Origin: Amphiscolops sp. MND2022 | Taxonomy: Eukaryota | DNA: 64,000 bases | Assembly (NCBI GenBank): GCA_964187785.1 | Contig: OZ076409.1 | Coordinates: forward strand, 29,264,001-29,328,000 | Direction of reading: 5' to 3' | Shown here: positions 49,196-62,404 of the stretch, one piece after another | How the letters are laid out: each line of letters starts with the position of its first letter | Numbering within the stretch: the first letter of the stretch is position 1 | Translations under genes and position numbers: made by a program | Notes under the pieces: model-generated | What the model saw: only the letters and a program-made list of their open reading frames with translations | Database searches by the model: none | Told to the model about the DNA's origin: nothing

Positions 49196-49989
49196 TCACT
49201 CCCGGGGTTAATGCTTGACGTCCCCGTCAAGCTGGCAGTGGGCAGTTGAATAAAGTGAGGCCAGATTATCATCGTCATTGATCGAACTTCCTTGCCATTT
49301 GGGTCATCATGCCGCATGCACGCAGAATTTGCTCAATTAAGCAAAATCATCCGTATACAACTTGCTACACAGCAAAGAATAGACGTTGCCTATCGTGAGA
49401 AAACTAGGCAGATAGAATTTCTTTTCGGTCTTGTAGAAAGAAATATTTTTTTTGTGACCGCTATCTGTTAAAAATTTTTTTTACGTACACATGACACTAT
49501 TCAAACATCTTTTCAGAACCCCGGGAGCTTCTCACTGCCCAGCTGAAAGAAAGCTTTTTTGAGAGCAGCTACCTTAAAAGCAGCTTATTTCCGATTAAAA
49601 CATCTATTGTGAGACTCTCTTGCATTCTCAGCCTTTGACTCAAGAGAAAAGATTATAACTTTCAGTTGGTTCCTTTTCAATCTTTCGTTTATTGTTTCTT
49701 GGTTTCTTTTTTTGTAATAAAGGGTAGTAACTAAACATAACAATGAAACTAAAATTGTTTCGCTAGCACCAGCAATTAGCACTGAGCATTCAATCTGAAC
49801 GCTAACATAAATTGCAAAATTTCTTTGCGATAGTGTAAGTTACATAAACAAACTGATAGAGAAGGCGTATCGCCTAATCAAGTTCTAGCTAAGAAGGAAA
49901 ACGAAGCCCTGGCTTCACTTCCAACAACAGAATCATCAGGTAATTGATCGTGATAGGATGAGTCATGCAATCATGTATCATGTGGCTGC

Positions 49990-52900
49990 TGGATTGTGCC
50001 TTTCCTTCTGGTGGTCGTACACATTTTCTCTGATTACAACTAGGGAAGCCTCCGTTTGTGGCATCTTTGCTCATTCTCCTCGACTCTTTCTGGAGTGAGT
50101 GCACCCTCGGGTGTGTTTGGGCCTTCGTCATCTTCCAAGAGGTTCACGATTGATGTAGGAGTTAATGGCTCGAGGGAGTGTTCTCCTCTTGTCTCCTGAT
50201 TGGTCATTGCCTGCGACGAATTGATGATTTCGGCACTTTCATTACTAGTGGTTGCGGGAATTTCAAATTCTAACTGGCTAGGGGCTGTGGAAGGGGCATT
50301 CACCGGAGTTGTTGATTGTGTTCGTGGTGATATGGCCCCTTTCTGTTTCGCAGTAATTTTCGGTCGCAGATCTTGTCTGTTTCAGAGCCCGCGGGCTCTA
50401 GACCAGTGTTCCTTGTTTTTCTTGTTTTTCTGTTCGATTATCTGACGCGATGTGCTGGAATCTTGATCAACTGGAAACTGTGATTTCCGTTTGCGTGGCC
50501 ACCCAGTGCTCACGAGCTCTCGTCAGATATGTTCTGAGACTACTCACGATCCAGCTATAACGGATTGGCATTCCTGAGGTGTCTAGTGGCGATCCGACCC
50601 AGTTTACTGGTCCTTGCTGGACTTCTGATTTTATTGTGGTGTAAATTCGAGGCACCAATAGGAATAAACCTCGTTCCACCATTCGTTGGTAGTTGTGCGG
50701 CTTTTTGTTCTTGAGGATGGAGGTGCTTAGAGTTCCCGATTTGTTTTGTTGGGTATCTGAGAATCACAATTGCACGGTAAATGGGGGTTAGCACGGGTGC
50801 TAACACTGGCATCAAGTCCTCGACTTCCGACAAAGTGAAGTCAGAAAACAGATTCGGCGTCAAGAATCCTGCAACTTCTGAAGTCAGTTGATATCTGTCA
50901 TACAGGGACTGAGAAGTGTCTATACCAGCAAACACGCCCGAAGAATATACCAGACTACAATGTATCAAATACCATAGAGACAACTTCATCATCTCCTTCT
51001 GCTTTGAGTGAGTGCCCTTGGGCATCATTTCCTCAGAATTTTGACAAATGCAAGGAATCCATCTATATCGCCCCTTGCTATCACCAGATACAAAAAGAAA
51101 CGTTCGAGGCTGCATTCCGCTATTAATTCTGTGAGGATCATCACTGGTCCTGCTACAAATCGTTGCTGGCCGAAAGCCAACATCAGGGCCAACACCCGTT
51201 GAGAGTCATTTCTCCGATTGTCAGACTCAGTTCCACGATGACGTTTTCTTCCAGTCCGAATTCCACGCAAATTACGTCTTGGCTCCAGCCCAGTCATAGA
51301 CACAGAACGAAATGGTCTGTAGTTAGCTCCAACTCTTTTGCCACGTCGGAACGTTTGCTTGCTCGTAATTATCGGTACCAACCATCGTAGGTCGTGTTGG
51401 AAGCCTGAATTTCAGCAAAAGTTTCACACGTAACCTTTGCGGCGATATGGTTCATTCCCAGTGACATCTTCGCCAGGCAGATATCCGTGGCAAATCGTAT
51501 TCTTGGGATAGCCCGTTCGACCTCGCTCGTTCAACGTTATTGACGTTCTCACCAGAGCAGCGCGCACGCTCCATCCAGTCATGCAGTCTGATGGTTTCGC
51601 ATTCGGCGATTGTCGTTTCTGGCAGCCTTCATTTGCCTTCTGCATCGAACACCAATAGTGCCATTCGTGTACCGTGTTCAAAATGAATTGCATTATCTAA
51701 CGTCAGTTGCGACTTTCCTGTGGTCTCGACTGACTGATTTGGATACTGAGGCGTTGTACCCCATGTAGGAGAGCCAAGGTGGGCGTAGATCACTGCTGCT
51801 CACTCGCATGTTTGGGTCGCAAAAACCAAAATATCCTCTACACTGGCAGATCTCTGTGACAAGATATACGAAACGCTGCAATAATGCATGCCATTGATTG
51901 TAACCAGGAGGAGTCGCGAACAAGGAAGCAGTATTCAATTTCCTATTCAATATGCATTGAGTTTTCTCTATAACTCTTGCCGGATTGATAGCTGCGTTCA
52001 AAATTACTGTCCTCTGTGCTGCTGTAAGTGTTTGTTGCTCTAGTTCGTTCGGATAGCCAGGTCATTAGTCCTTCGTATGACAGGTGATCAAGCACGTTGC
52101 TGATGATGACTCTTTTAGGAGGAGGTTCCTGATGAGTTCCTGTCATCTCCGGATCGAACATTGTCACTAGAATCGCAGCCATCTCAGGGATCCGTGAGAG
52201 TGGTACTGTCAATACCATCACATCTGAGAGCACATTATCAATAGGGTTGTTTTTTAAAAGTGGGAATCCACCAGTAAAGCGTAGCCCGCATGCTGCAACA
52301 TTTCTTTCGGCATGAGCAGTTGAGCTTCCAAGTCTCTCGACTATCTGAAGTTGAGCTCAAAGGTTTCTCCAGCTAGCAATGCGTATCGCTCTTCGAATTG
52401 GTCTCGCAAGTCAAGGTTGATTGAGTCTAGGTAAATGTCCTCAACACTGGATAGTAGATTTAACGTTCTGTTGAGACACGCAGGCTCAGTACTTTGCGTG
52501 TTTTCTGCTCGTAGCGGTCTTCCTAAGAATACCGAGACGGTCATTTCCTTCATTGTGGCATGTTCGTCGTCACTTGGAGGACACATGTTTGTCTTGTACA
52601 GCCATTCAGGGGAGACCATGACTGCTGCTTCCCATGTTCGTCTCGCATCCTTCGTTAACAGTGGTCTTTTAGTATTCTGCATTGGTGGAAGGTAAGTAGT
52701 ATGTCTGGGTACTCGTGCATAATCTCCTTCAGGGTTCGCTGGGGGTCTGGTATACCTTGGTATCCAACAGAGGAAGCTTGCGGCACTGGTGACAATTGTG
52801 AGCGAGGTGTTGACCATTGAGAGAGGGAGCTCCGCGAGGTTAATTTCTGCGGTGGATTTGGTTCCGCGAGTTGTGAGGATGGAGGTGGCGGAAGCACGGA

Positions 52901-53626
52901 TGCTTCCGACACTACTGATTCCATTTGGCTCAGCTTGCTGGCCGGCGCCTTTTCGTTGGATGCCTTCTTGTCAGGTGGCGGGTTGCTTGAAGGGCTGCTT
53001 CGCACAATTTGTGGTGCTAGGGCCATGGTTCGGGCAAGGGGAGCGCTCATTGCGCTTTCTGGATGCTGGACGGCGTTCTCCACCCCCTTTTTGAGAAGAA
53101 GTGGATGCGCAGGAAGGAGAACGACTGCGTTCAGATGCACTTGAGCAGGTAGAATTAGCAGGAATGTTCGGTATTGTGATTTGTGGCAGCATGATAGTGC
53201 GCAATAGGGGCCAGTGCTGCTCCATGGTGCGCAGGAAGTCAGAATAGTCAGGGTAAGCTGCCATGGCTTGTAGTGCGGACATTCCCTGCTTCGTAAGAGG
53301 GCGATTGGACATATCAGGAGGAGTTGGCATGCCTTCAGGAGGTGCTGGTTCCTGGGTCTGTGGAGGAAGAGCAGCGAAGAGTTGTAGGGGTCATTTTGTT
53401 GAACACCCCTGCTCGCGGAGCTATAAGAGATCGAGGCACGGTCATCATGAAAATGATGAGTCAGAACGTGGCAAGACCACGTGCCATTCTGATACGTCAT
53501 GGACCTTTGGAAACCAGGGAAGGCAGAGGTGATCGTGACGGATAGTAGAGGAGCCTGAATCTGTGATTCCATCTCAGCATCTGATATCCGATGCACAGCC
53601 GAGGTATCATAGATACGCTGTCCCAT
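49990..53626 (-). pseudogene. Long accessory ORF3 of element 3 (about 1200 codons, heavily disrupted) with an SGNH-hydrolase-like central region
   Basis: Chain of minus-strand ORF fragments covering the region. ALLVDSHF, VLTVPLSRIPEM, KRVIISNVLDHL and DNAIHF follow the order of SGNH blocks I, II, III and V. No signal peptide or TM segment, so not env. Confidence 0.45.
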
Positions 53627-53821
53627 GGTTGGCGTGGGGGGATAGTGTGATTGTTTTGATTCATGGTTAAACGTACAAGTAGGTCTGAAAAGGTGAAGGA
53701 AGGAATCAAGCAGCCTAAGGAATATTATTCATGACTATTAGATAGTCATCGTAAAAACAAATAGGAAACTATATAGTTCTGGAATAACGAAAACATGGGA
53801 TAAAAGTTATGAAGGATGGAT

Positions 53822-54972
53822 CTAGGATACTGTGTTATGCTGGCAATTGCGAGCGACGTACGTGCGGTCGTGTAATATCATGTAGGGCGGAGTATCAACA
53901 AAAACGTCCATTAAGCACAAGTGAAAATTGAGAAGATTACGTAAAGGGCTTTCGGGGTCGATAATAGAAATATGAATCTCGGAAGCATCATGCCCAGTGA
54001 TTACTGTTTTTGAGCGTTCAAGGCAGGAGAAGTGGATGTCTGCCGTCATAGGGCAGCGGGGGGTTGATCTGGTTATGAGCAAGTGGATCGTTTGAGGAAA
54101 TCCATTAATCTCTGACTGCGATAGTGTCAACACATGCCCGACTTCAGGTCGTAGTCGAAATATTGCGTCGATATTGTGCTCACAAAAAACGTAAGGGCAG
54201 CTGAAATGGTTTCCAGGTTAGCAGGGCAACATAGAACTATATGATACGGTGCCTATAGAAAATCCGTCCGGTCGTAGTTGATGAAGTCTACTATGTGTGG
54301 GCGAAGAGCACCAGGCTAGATAATTTCTCGTCCAGGTTCATTGTCCAAGAGGCCCGAGTTGGACTTGGAGCATCCCTTGTTGGTGTCTAAGTCCTGCCAC
54401 ACTGATCGTTGTAGGGAACGGTTGTCGATGTTAGCACGTGGCCATACGTTCAGAGCACTTAAGGTTGATTGAACAGGAATAGGCGGAGAGAAAGAATGGT
54501 TCCATTCATCAAGAAAACGAATACGAGGAAAGTGGGGAAGGAAAGCTATTATCAGTTCGAACCACCATTGGAATTTTACTTTCCCACGATATAAATCGAT
54601 AATATGGAAACAGAGGATTAGGTCCGGAGTTGAGACTGTGCAGAGATTTTCAAAACAGCTGCGCAAGTTTTTAGGATGCACCAAATGGGAGACTTGATAG
54701 GCAGTTCCCAACAGCCACCAATCTTGTGCTGGTTGACAGACATCACCTTCAGTCGCTGTTATTCCATATTTATTATGGAGTAAGTCAGCAGTGATACAAC
54801 GTACCATTTGAATTGGTTCTCTCTCATAATTGAAGGGTCCAAACGCGATGTTCATGGGTACAGGTGAAACGATGGCAGGTAGGGAAAATTCAAGACCACG
54901 ACGATCATGAGTCCATTCTTTGAACCTAGGACAGGGAGCCGTGGCCACCTCATATTTACTTAATTGTGTCAT
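53822..54972 (-). pseudogene. Post-integrase region of element 3 with two degenerate Macro (Poa1p/TARG1-like) domains
   Basis: MVRCITADLLHNKYGI...GDV...NLRSCFENL...WWFELIIAF and GHVLTL...IHLLITR...SCLE...IHIS...LMDVF resemble Macro_Poa1p-like HCISAD and YYLITK...SLE...ISMP...VF patterns. Confidence 0.4.
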
Positions 54973-55684
54973 GATGTGCTCTACAGGGAATGATTGGGAA
55001 CTTTCGACCCCTGTATAGGTCTTTCCAGCGCGTATGACTATCGGTTGACTAGAGGAGGTTTCATAGTTTTTTTATCATCAAGACTCCCCGGGGCTTTATC
55101 GTAATGTCCGGTTGCGTCAGATGGTTGCATGTGCAATCGCGCAGGCCACAAGTTCCACAACGATAGCGAGGGACCCTGTCGCGTCGTAGGCGATAGCATG
55201 TGTTGATAGGTTGAGCGGATAATTCCTGATTAGTGGTCACATGTGCACTGGGGTCTGAGGTGTCTGAGATAGACGTCGCTGATTCGGTTTGTTGAATGGG
55301 AATGGGAGGTCTATTTGGTGAACGGCCAGGAGGACGTTTTCGTTTTCAGATACCTCCACTACGAGTGTGTTGTGTTCTACTTGACTGAACGCGTGACCGG
55401 GGGCATTCGTGGGATGTGATGTGGCGTTTCGATATCTTCTGAGGCCGTAGTTCAGAAATCGTTAGTGATGGGTTGATCCACTTGGGGCCAAATTGGAAAG
55501 TTGCTGAGTACGTCAGTCAAGGAAGGATTGGTCAGCAATGGAGCAGAAGTACCTGTCAGGGAAGTTCCAGTTCCTATAATCGAAGATTGGGTTTGGACAC
55601 TTCGTTCATCAGTACGTGCTTCTATCATTTCGTGATCAAAGAAATAAGCATCTGGAACACGGGGTGGCGTTAGTGGCAGTTCGG

Positions 55685-58600
55685 CTATGAGGATAGCAGG
55701 GTGGCGCAGGAGTTACTGGTAATTCTGGTTCTCCGTTTGTTTCTTTTGTGCGCTGGAAAGAAGGATGTTCGACGACTCTTCATCTGAGTCAGTTGAAGAA
55801 CCAAATTGTTGATACTACCGACGGCTTCCTCCTGCACGCATTCGCGTGCGAAGACTAGTGTCCATCCAGTGTCTTTGTCTAGAGGGTAGTGATGCGTCAC
55901 TTGCCTCTGAGATTGGCTCTTCTTGAAGGTAGGAAGGTTGTGAGGCATCATCAGATATTTCCTCGGGGGATTGTTCTGGTTCCGGATCCATTATCTCAGC
56001 GACGTCACTGTTGTTTGTAGGAATTGCGGCACATTCGGTAGGTCCGCCATTATGCGGCTTTAATAGTTCGAAATGTACTTTTTGTCCTGAGTCAAGGATT
56101 TACACACGTCCTTTTTGTAGCACACGTGCTACTTTGTGAGGACCTCGCATTGCTCGCAACAGCTTGGACGTTCCCTTTTGAGGAATGTAACGACAAAATA
56201 CCCATACAGACTCGCCTACTGAACTTTAGAATGGATGTTTTGATCGTACTTCAGTTTCTGACGTCGTTGGGCTTGATGGGCATTGCGTCGTACCAGGTCA
56301 GGCGATGATAGGTTCTACATAAGCTTCGTAGACTTCGAATGACTCTGTTGCAAATTCTGGATCAGCATGTATGGTAAAAAGCCAGTGGTGGCATGACACC
56401 AGTTGTATGCACCCATTACTTCGTCTAAATGTAAGTCCAATCTCTCATGCGCCGTGAGGAAAACACTCTGAGAAGGGTCAATAGTGTCCCAGGGTCAACC
56501 AATCCCTGTGTCCCAGGGTGCCCAACAGACTAAGTGAATTTAGTAACCTGTGATGCTCGCATGAATTCGTTAGACACCTCAGCGGTCAGGTTGGGGCATT
56601 GTCTGATTGCATCCGTGTTGGTTTACTATGACGGGCAAACCATTTTTGCAGTAGTAGCTTAGAGGCTGTGGCTGAATCGTTTTCCTCATGATTGCATGAG
56701 ACTGCTTCCGCAAACTCCGAGAAATGATCGATTATGACCAAGACCTTCGGGTTTCTATTGTCGGATGGGCAGATCTTCATGTGGTCATTTTGTGCCAATT
56801 CATCAACATACGCGCTTTGGATGTTCTTCAGCTGAAATCTGATATCCTCAGGTTTGTCGCGCACCTGTTGGCAGGTCAGACATTGGTTCGCGTTTTATCC
56901 AATGGTTTAGCGAATGCCAGGCCATGTGTGACGTTCTTGGATTCTCGCCATTACTTTGGGAATACCTTGATGGCCCATTGCATTGTGAGCTTTAAAGAGA
57001 ATCTCTTGCCGGTAGAGCTGCGGCATTATGATCATGCAGGGGCGTGTGTGCAGTGCACGTTGACTTTTTGGATATTTGACACATATTACATTTGTGTTGA
57101 TTAGAAGTAGGTCTTTCTTCTGTTTATAGTAGTTTTTTTGCAAAAACACGCACCATTTTTGGGAAAAAATTCATTTTCGATGGATTCCTTTGCCACCAAT
57201 TTTTTTTATTTGTAAGACATGAACATCTCGGTTTTGCGCTACTAGCAGATCATCCACTGTATTGGTGTGTTCATGAAGTTCTAGTTTCATCTCGTTGATG
57301 GCCAAAGTCATCTTCCGTACGTATTTGGGGGCAGCGTTGACAGCCTGTTTTTCCGTGACCTTCAAGGAGTACGTGGTTCTGGAGGGCACGTTGGCAATGG
57401 GGGTTGGCAATAGATAGTCTTGCCTACATTCTTTGGTCAATTCAGTACAATCCCCTGGGTATTCAGGGTACTCCTCGAATTGGGATCGGCTTGTCCACAT
57501 GTGGCAGTGTAGGCAATGGAGCCTTCAATGCCTTCTCGCGGAATACCAGGCCTAGAGCATGATTGCGGACACGTGCCACTTTTAATGCTGCTTGTGAATG
57601 CTTGTCGGCACAGCCTTTAAGATGTTTAGGCTGTTCTGGGTTATTTGGGATTACTCGTCCTTGAACATCGAACCATTGTACAAGGGGGAGTTTGTCGTAC
57701 TCTTCTTGGGACAGAAAGTTGCACTCTCTGCAACTGGAGGTGGTTCTCCTAGTTGTTGCTCGTGTTTCTTGTAGTCGTTCATTCTCTTGCTAAGTCCATC
57801 TGCCTTTCGATGTTGGACGTGTGCTCTTTGTGCTCTTGGACGATGCTGGATAGCAAAGTGATATTTTTCTAAAGACAAGATCCATCTTTCAATGATGGTT
57901 TGATCAGTTGAGTAAGTTTTCAACCAGGCCAGGGCCTGATTGTCCACACTCAAGGTGACCTTTCAGGGGCACAAGTAGCTGTGGTTCTTCAGGATGAAAT
58001 AGTATGCAGCATACTTTTCCAGTTTCGGAGCTACGTATTTGGCCTGGGTTGGTGTCAGCTTCTTAGTGCCGAATACTATCGGTCGCAACTTTCTGTTGTC
58101 AGGGGGTCCTTGGCATTGGTGAAGAATACTTGATAGTGCTGCTGGCGTCTGTGTTAAGAACGAATTTCCATTCAGAGTCTGGTTGTGCCAAGGCTGTGGC
58201 TTCAAAAAGTGCCACTTTGATTCCGTTGAAAGCTTGTTGTTGCTCCTCCCCCCACAAAAAGGAAGTGCCAGTGCCAGTAATGGCATGCAATGGGGCAACC
58301 AGTTGTGCGTGCCAGGGAATAAAATCAAGATAGTAGTTTGCAAAGCCTAGAAAACGCTGCAACTCTGTATTGGTGCGAGGGACGTCCCAGTCGCGAAGTT
58401 TGCAGACAGCTTTGGTGTCTGGTCTGAAGCTTTCATCTGTTACTATTCGACCGAGATATTTGATTTCTGATTTCATGAAGCCTGCCTCACGTAGGCACTG
58501 AAATACTTCGTGTAGTCGTTCCATGTGGTCCTCGATTGTTTCGGCAGCAATGACTATGTCATCAATGTAGGCCACGACCATGCTTACTTCGAGATTGACT

Positions 58601-60128
58601 ATCTTTTGTAGCGCTCGCGCTATCGCTAGTTGAGAAAATGCTAAAGCGTTACACACGTCAAAGGGCAATCGGCGCCATTCAAATAACCCAAGTTCACATG
58701 CAAAGGCAGTTTTCTGTCGGTCGGCTTTTCGTACTGGAATTTGCCAGAACGCCCAGGCAAAATCAATACTAGTGTAGACTTTCGCTTTACCCAATCGTGA
58801 GAGGCTTTCATCAAAACGGGGTAGTGAGTAGACATCTTTGATTGTGATTTCATTCAGGTGTCGAAAGTCACAACAGAAACGTAGTTCACCAGAATTCTTC
58901 TTGACCATAACGATGCCACTTGCCCAAGGCGATAGCGAAGGCTGGATCATGCCAAGTGCCAATAAGTCACGAAGTTCTTGGTTAGCCCGTTCGGCCTTGC
59001 CTGGGGGCATTCTACCTCTGGCTTTACTTCCACCGGGTGCTTTGCTATTTTACATTTACCAATATCAGACTTATATTACATGAAACGATCATCCAATTCG
59101 ATGAGAAATTTTTGGAGCGTGTCGCTTGCGATCGAACCCCAAAAGTTTCGGACTTCGTCGAGTTGGGCTTCGGGGTCAAGAATCAGGGCCAGTAGTGTTG
59201 GATCGGCACGTTTTTTGACCTCGCGTTCCAATAAGCCAGGTTCGGACGGATCGGTAGAAGACAAAAACTCAAATTCAGAATTCAGAACTAGTGTCTATGT
59301 TCATTTCTTCATTAACTTTATAAACAAAATTTGCAGCAGATTTATCTTCAGTTTGTTGCTCGGGAGCAACTTCAGGGATTTTTTGTGAACTAAGACCACG
59401 GGTGCACCTTTTGATCCGTTGAACGTTGCTTGTCAGGTTACCTAGACTGACATAAAAGAAACCCGTCTCTCCCACAGTAGCGACGGTGTCTTCTAAAAAG
59501 ATGGCTTGTTTCAGAATACGAGTTGGCACGTGAAAATTGATCAAAAACTTGCCGAATATGTAAGGTTCCACATTATCAACTAGGAGTATTGCACGGAGAA
59601 TAGTGCGCTCGAACGGTTTTAAAATATTGTCTTGTGCAAGTGCCACCGAAATTGCAATTGATTCATTCCTTAACTGCGCGTGCGCGTGAAACCATACTGG
59701 TCGGGAGGGGGCGCGGACAATTATCTTCCTTGTTGTCAAGTCAACAAAGATCTGATAGGTTCGCAGAAATTTTCGTCCCAACAGAAAATCCTCAACTCCC
59801 ATAGCATCGTCAACAACAACAAAGTTGGTCTCAAGTTCATAGCCACCTAGTTAGAATTTCACATTTTCAGCCAGACCAAAGGTCATGATGGTTTTCCCGC
59901 TGGCGGCGTACAGATCGACACCATATGGTTGCATAGACTACAAGGGTGTACAGCTAATCTGTTGTAGGCGGAGAATGTTAGTATGGATACACCTGAACCA
60001 GTATCGATGAGCCCACGTAACGGTATAGGTGCTGCGTCGGGAATGGTGATTGAGACCACGAGCGACGCACGCTCATCAATTCTCGCTTCTCCCGTTGGTT
60101 CTTGTTGGTCGATGTTGTAACATCTCAA
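55685..60128 (-). pseudogene. pol: pol of element 3 (protease, RT, RNase H, integrase), many frameshifts
   Basis: LIDTGSG; LRFCCDFRHLN, AFWQI, YIDD; NTDAS, VDNQAL; AHNAMGH, IIDHFSEF, QSDNAP. Confidence 0.93.
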
Positions 60129-60345
60129 TTCTTGATGACCAGGACAAATTCCGGGGGAAAGGCATCGTTAATGAAGGTGGCTTCAAAGCGTAAGTCCATC
60201 CGGTCTATGTTGATTTTTACTGGGATAGGCGAAAATGCATGATGGGTCAAGGTAACCCCTTTTATTTGCCATTCCTCAGGTTTGGGAAGCATCAACTGTC
60301 GATCTTGTGGGTTCTCAGCTATTTCATCGATCAGTGCATCAACAG

Positions 60346-62138
60346 TCAAGTCAGGGCGCTGTTCGCGTTCTCTTGCCAGTAAAAATGAATTGACATTATC
60401 GTTCGTCCGGAAGGATCGAAGGTGGTAGGTTCAGGACTGCTTTGCATTTGAATTTTTCCACAAGTGATAGTCAAAGGTGTTGCTACATGGGCTGCCTCTG
60501 CTGGTCGCAACATCAAGACCATTTCGTTGTCGCTTGTCGTGTGAGAGGTTTTTGGCTGTGCAGCCCATAGGCTGTAGGCCAAGTCCTCTTGTACTGCAGT
60601 ATTTTGACATTGGGAAGCGGAGTGCTCAGCCATGCCATAATTTAAACAGAATAATGGGCCTGTACATTCGGAAGCTACTTCATCCTCGCGATAGTTCACT
60701 TGATCAAACTGAGTCACTGGGGGTTGTGGTTTCCTGGCCTGATCTTCAGCTGGGCATTCTCGAGCAAAGTAACCAGGTTGGCCTGTGGATTTGATGGTGT
60801 CATTGGTAGTTCCATTGGCTATTACTTCTTTTCGTCTGGTGCTGCTAGACGGGGGCCATTCATCGTTCGCGGTATGGTATTCATCAGTTAGTTCTCCCGA
60901 CGTGGCTCTGGCAGACTGGAATGTGGTTGTCATATGGGATGTGGGATTAGTACAGAGTGGTATTCTTAAGTCAGTAGCTTCCATGCTAGACCTTTCAATG
61001 GTTTTTGGATCATTCGCAGAATCTGTTTTGCCTACAGCGTTTGGGAATGGTTCCGTTTTCATCATTGCAGAAGTATGTACGCCACTCAAAGAGTTTCGTT
61101 TGTGCTTGGGTGGAGGTAGCTTTGACGTTGAGGCCTCCATTAGGGCTGTCAGTTTCTCTTTTGATTTGAGAGTTTCGTTTCTGGTAGACGATTTAGGTAG
61201 TGGGTCGTTTACGTCTTAGATTGAGTTCGTGGGTACGATGTTTTTGGCCTGAGGTTGTATGTTTCTCAATACTGCTCCCATCGTTTGATTCTACGAACAC
61301 ATCTCCATGCAATAGCTTTATGCGCACGATTACCCTCTGCCTTGTCCTCGGACAAGCGAGCAACAGTGTGTTCTGCTTCTAATTGTGCTTCCAGTAGAGC
61401 TTTGAGGGCTACAGCCGCTAAGTGTACTGCTCTATATGCAGAAGATCGTCCTGATGTTGCTTTAGATTATAGGGAAGCGGAACGTGACATACCTTGAGTT
61501 CCCGTCGTTGCGGTTTGTGCCAGTAGGGTTGGGGGCCTTGCTTTTCTTCCCTTTCCGTAAACTTTAGGATCCGTTACCTCCAATAGACGCGTTCTAGCAA
61601 AGTTCATACCTCCCACATAGGTCATTTCTTGCAATATGTTAGCCGTGGTGTCACTGGCCATGCTTGTTGCTTTTACTGCATTGATCGTATTCGAGCAGCC
61701 TGTTTACCCTGGATCATCGACTTCATCTTTAGTCCTGTTGGAGTTAGGCCACTGCCTAGGATCATCAGTATCGGAAGAATTATCATTCTGAGGGTAGATC
61801 TTGTGACCATTTCGAGGTGTGGGTTTGACTTTTTTCTTCGTCGAATGATTCCTCAACAATTCTGGCAGCCCTCGTCACCTCTTTCGATTGATATTCGTCG
61901 TACATGTCTGACATCGGGTCTGGAAAATCGGGAGTTATTTGAAAACTGTCATCAGTTGGCCAGTCTTTTTCTCTGGGATCAGAGGTATAGTCAGAAGACA
62001 TGCTGACATCAGTTCTGGTGAGCTCATGGTTTTTGGCTTGCTGGGATGCTTTGTTGTTGGTGTCCTCTTCCTCTTTTGAGAACCAATGGAGCGCAGCCAG
62101 GTATGACTCTTGCTTATTTTTTTGTTTTTGATTTCCAC
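60346..62138 (-). pseudogene. gag: gag-like region of element 3 with two degenerate zinc knuckles
   Basis: Located between the PBS and protease; STGQPGYFARECP and CLNYGMAEHSASQC. Confidence 0.6.
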
Positions 62139-62404
62139 ATTATATTGAAATTACCAATAAGGACGTCTCAGTACGTCTTGGAAAAGTCGACCTTTGATCT
62201 AGTTGTCGTCGCGTAACGAAACTTGCAGAGCGTGTTGGTGCGAATGCGTGGGGTTGAAAAATGGTCGTTAAGAGGGTCTAATTTCAAATGTATTTGAAAG
62301 TCGATACTGCAAACTACGTGACATTTTAGGAATTTATCGCCAGGCGTAAAGCCTTGAATGACACACACAAAGGGTAAAACTATTGAAAAAATCTGCTTCT
62401 TTCT

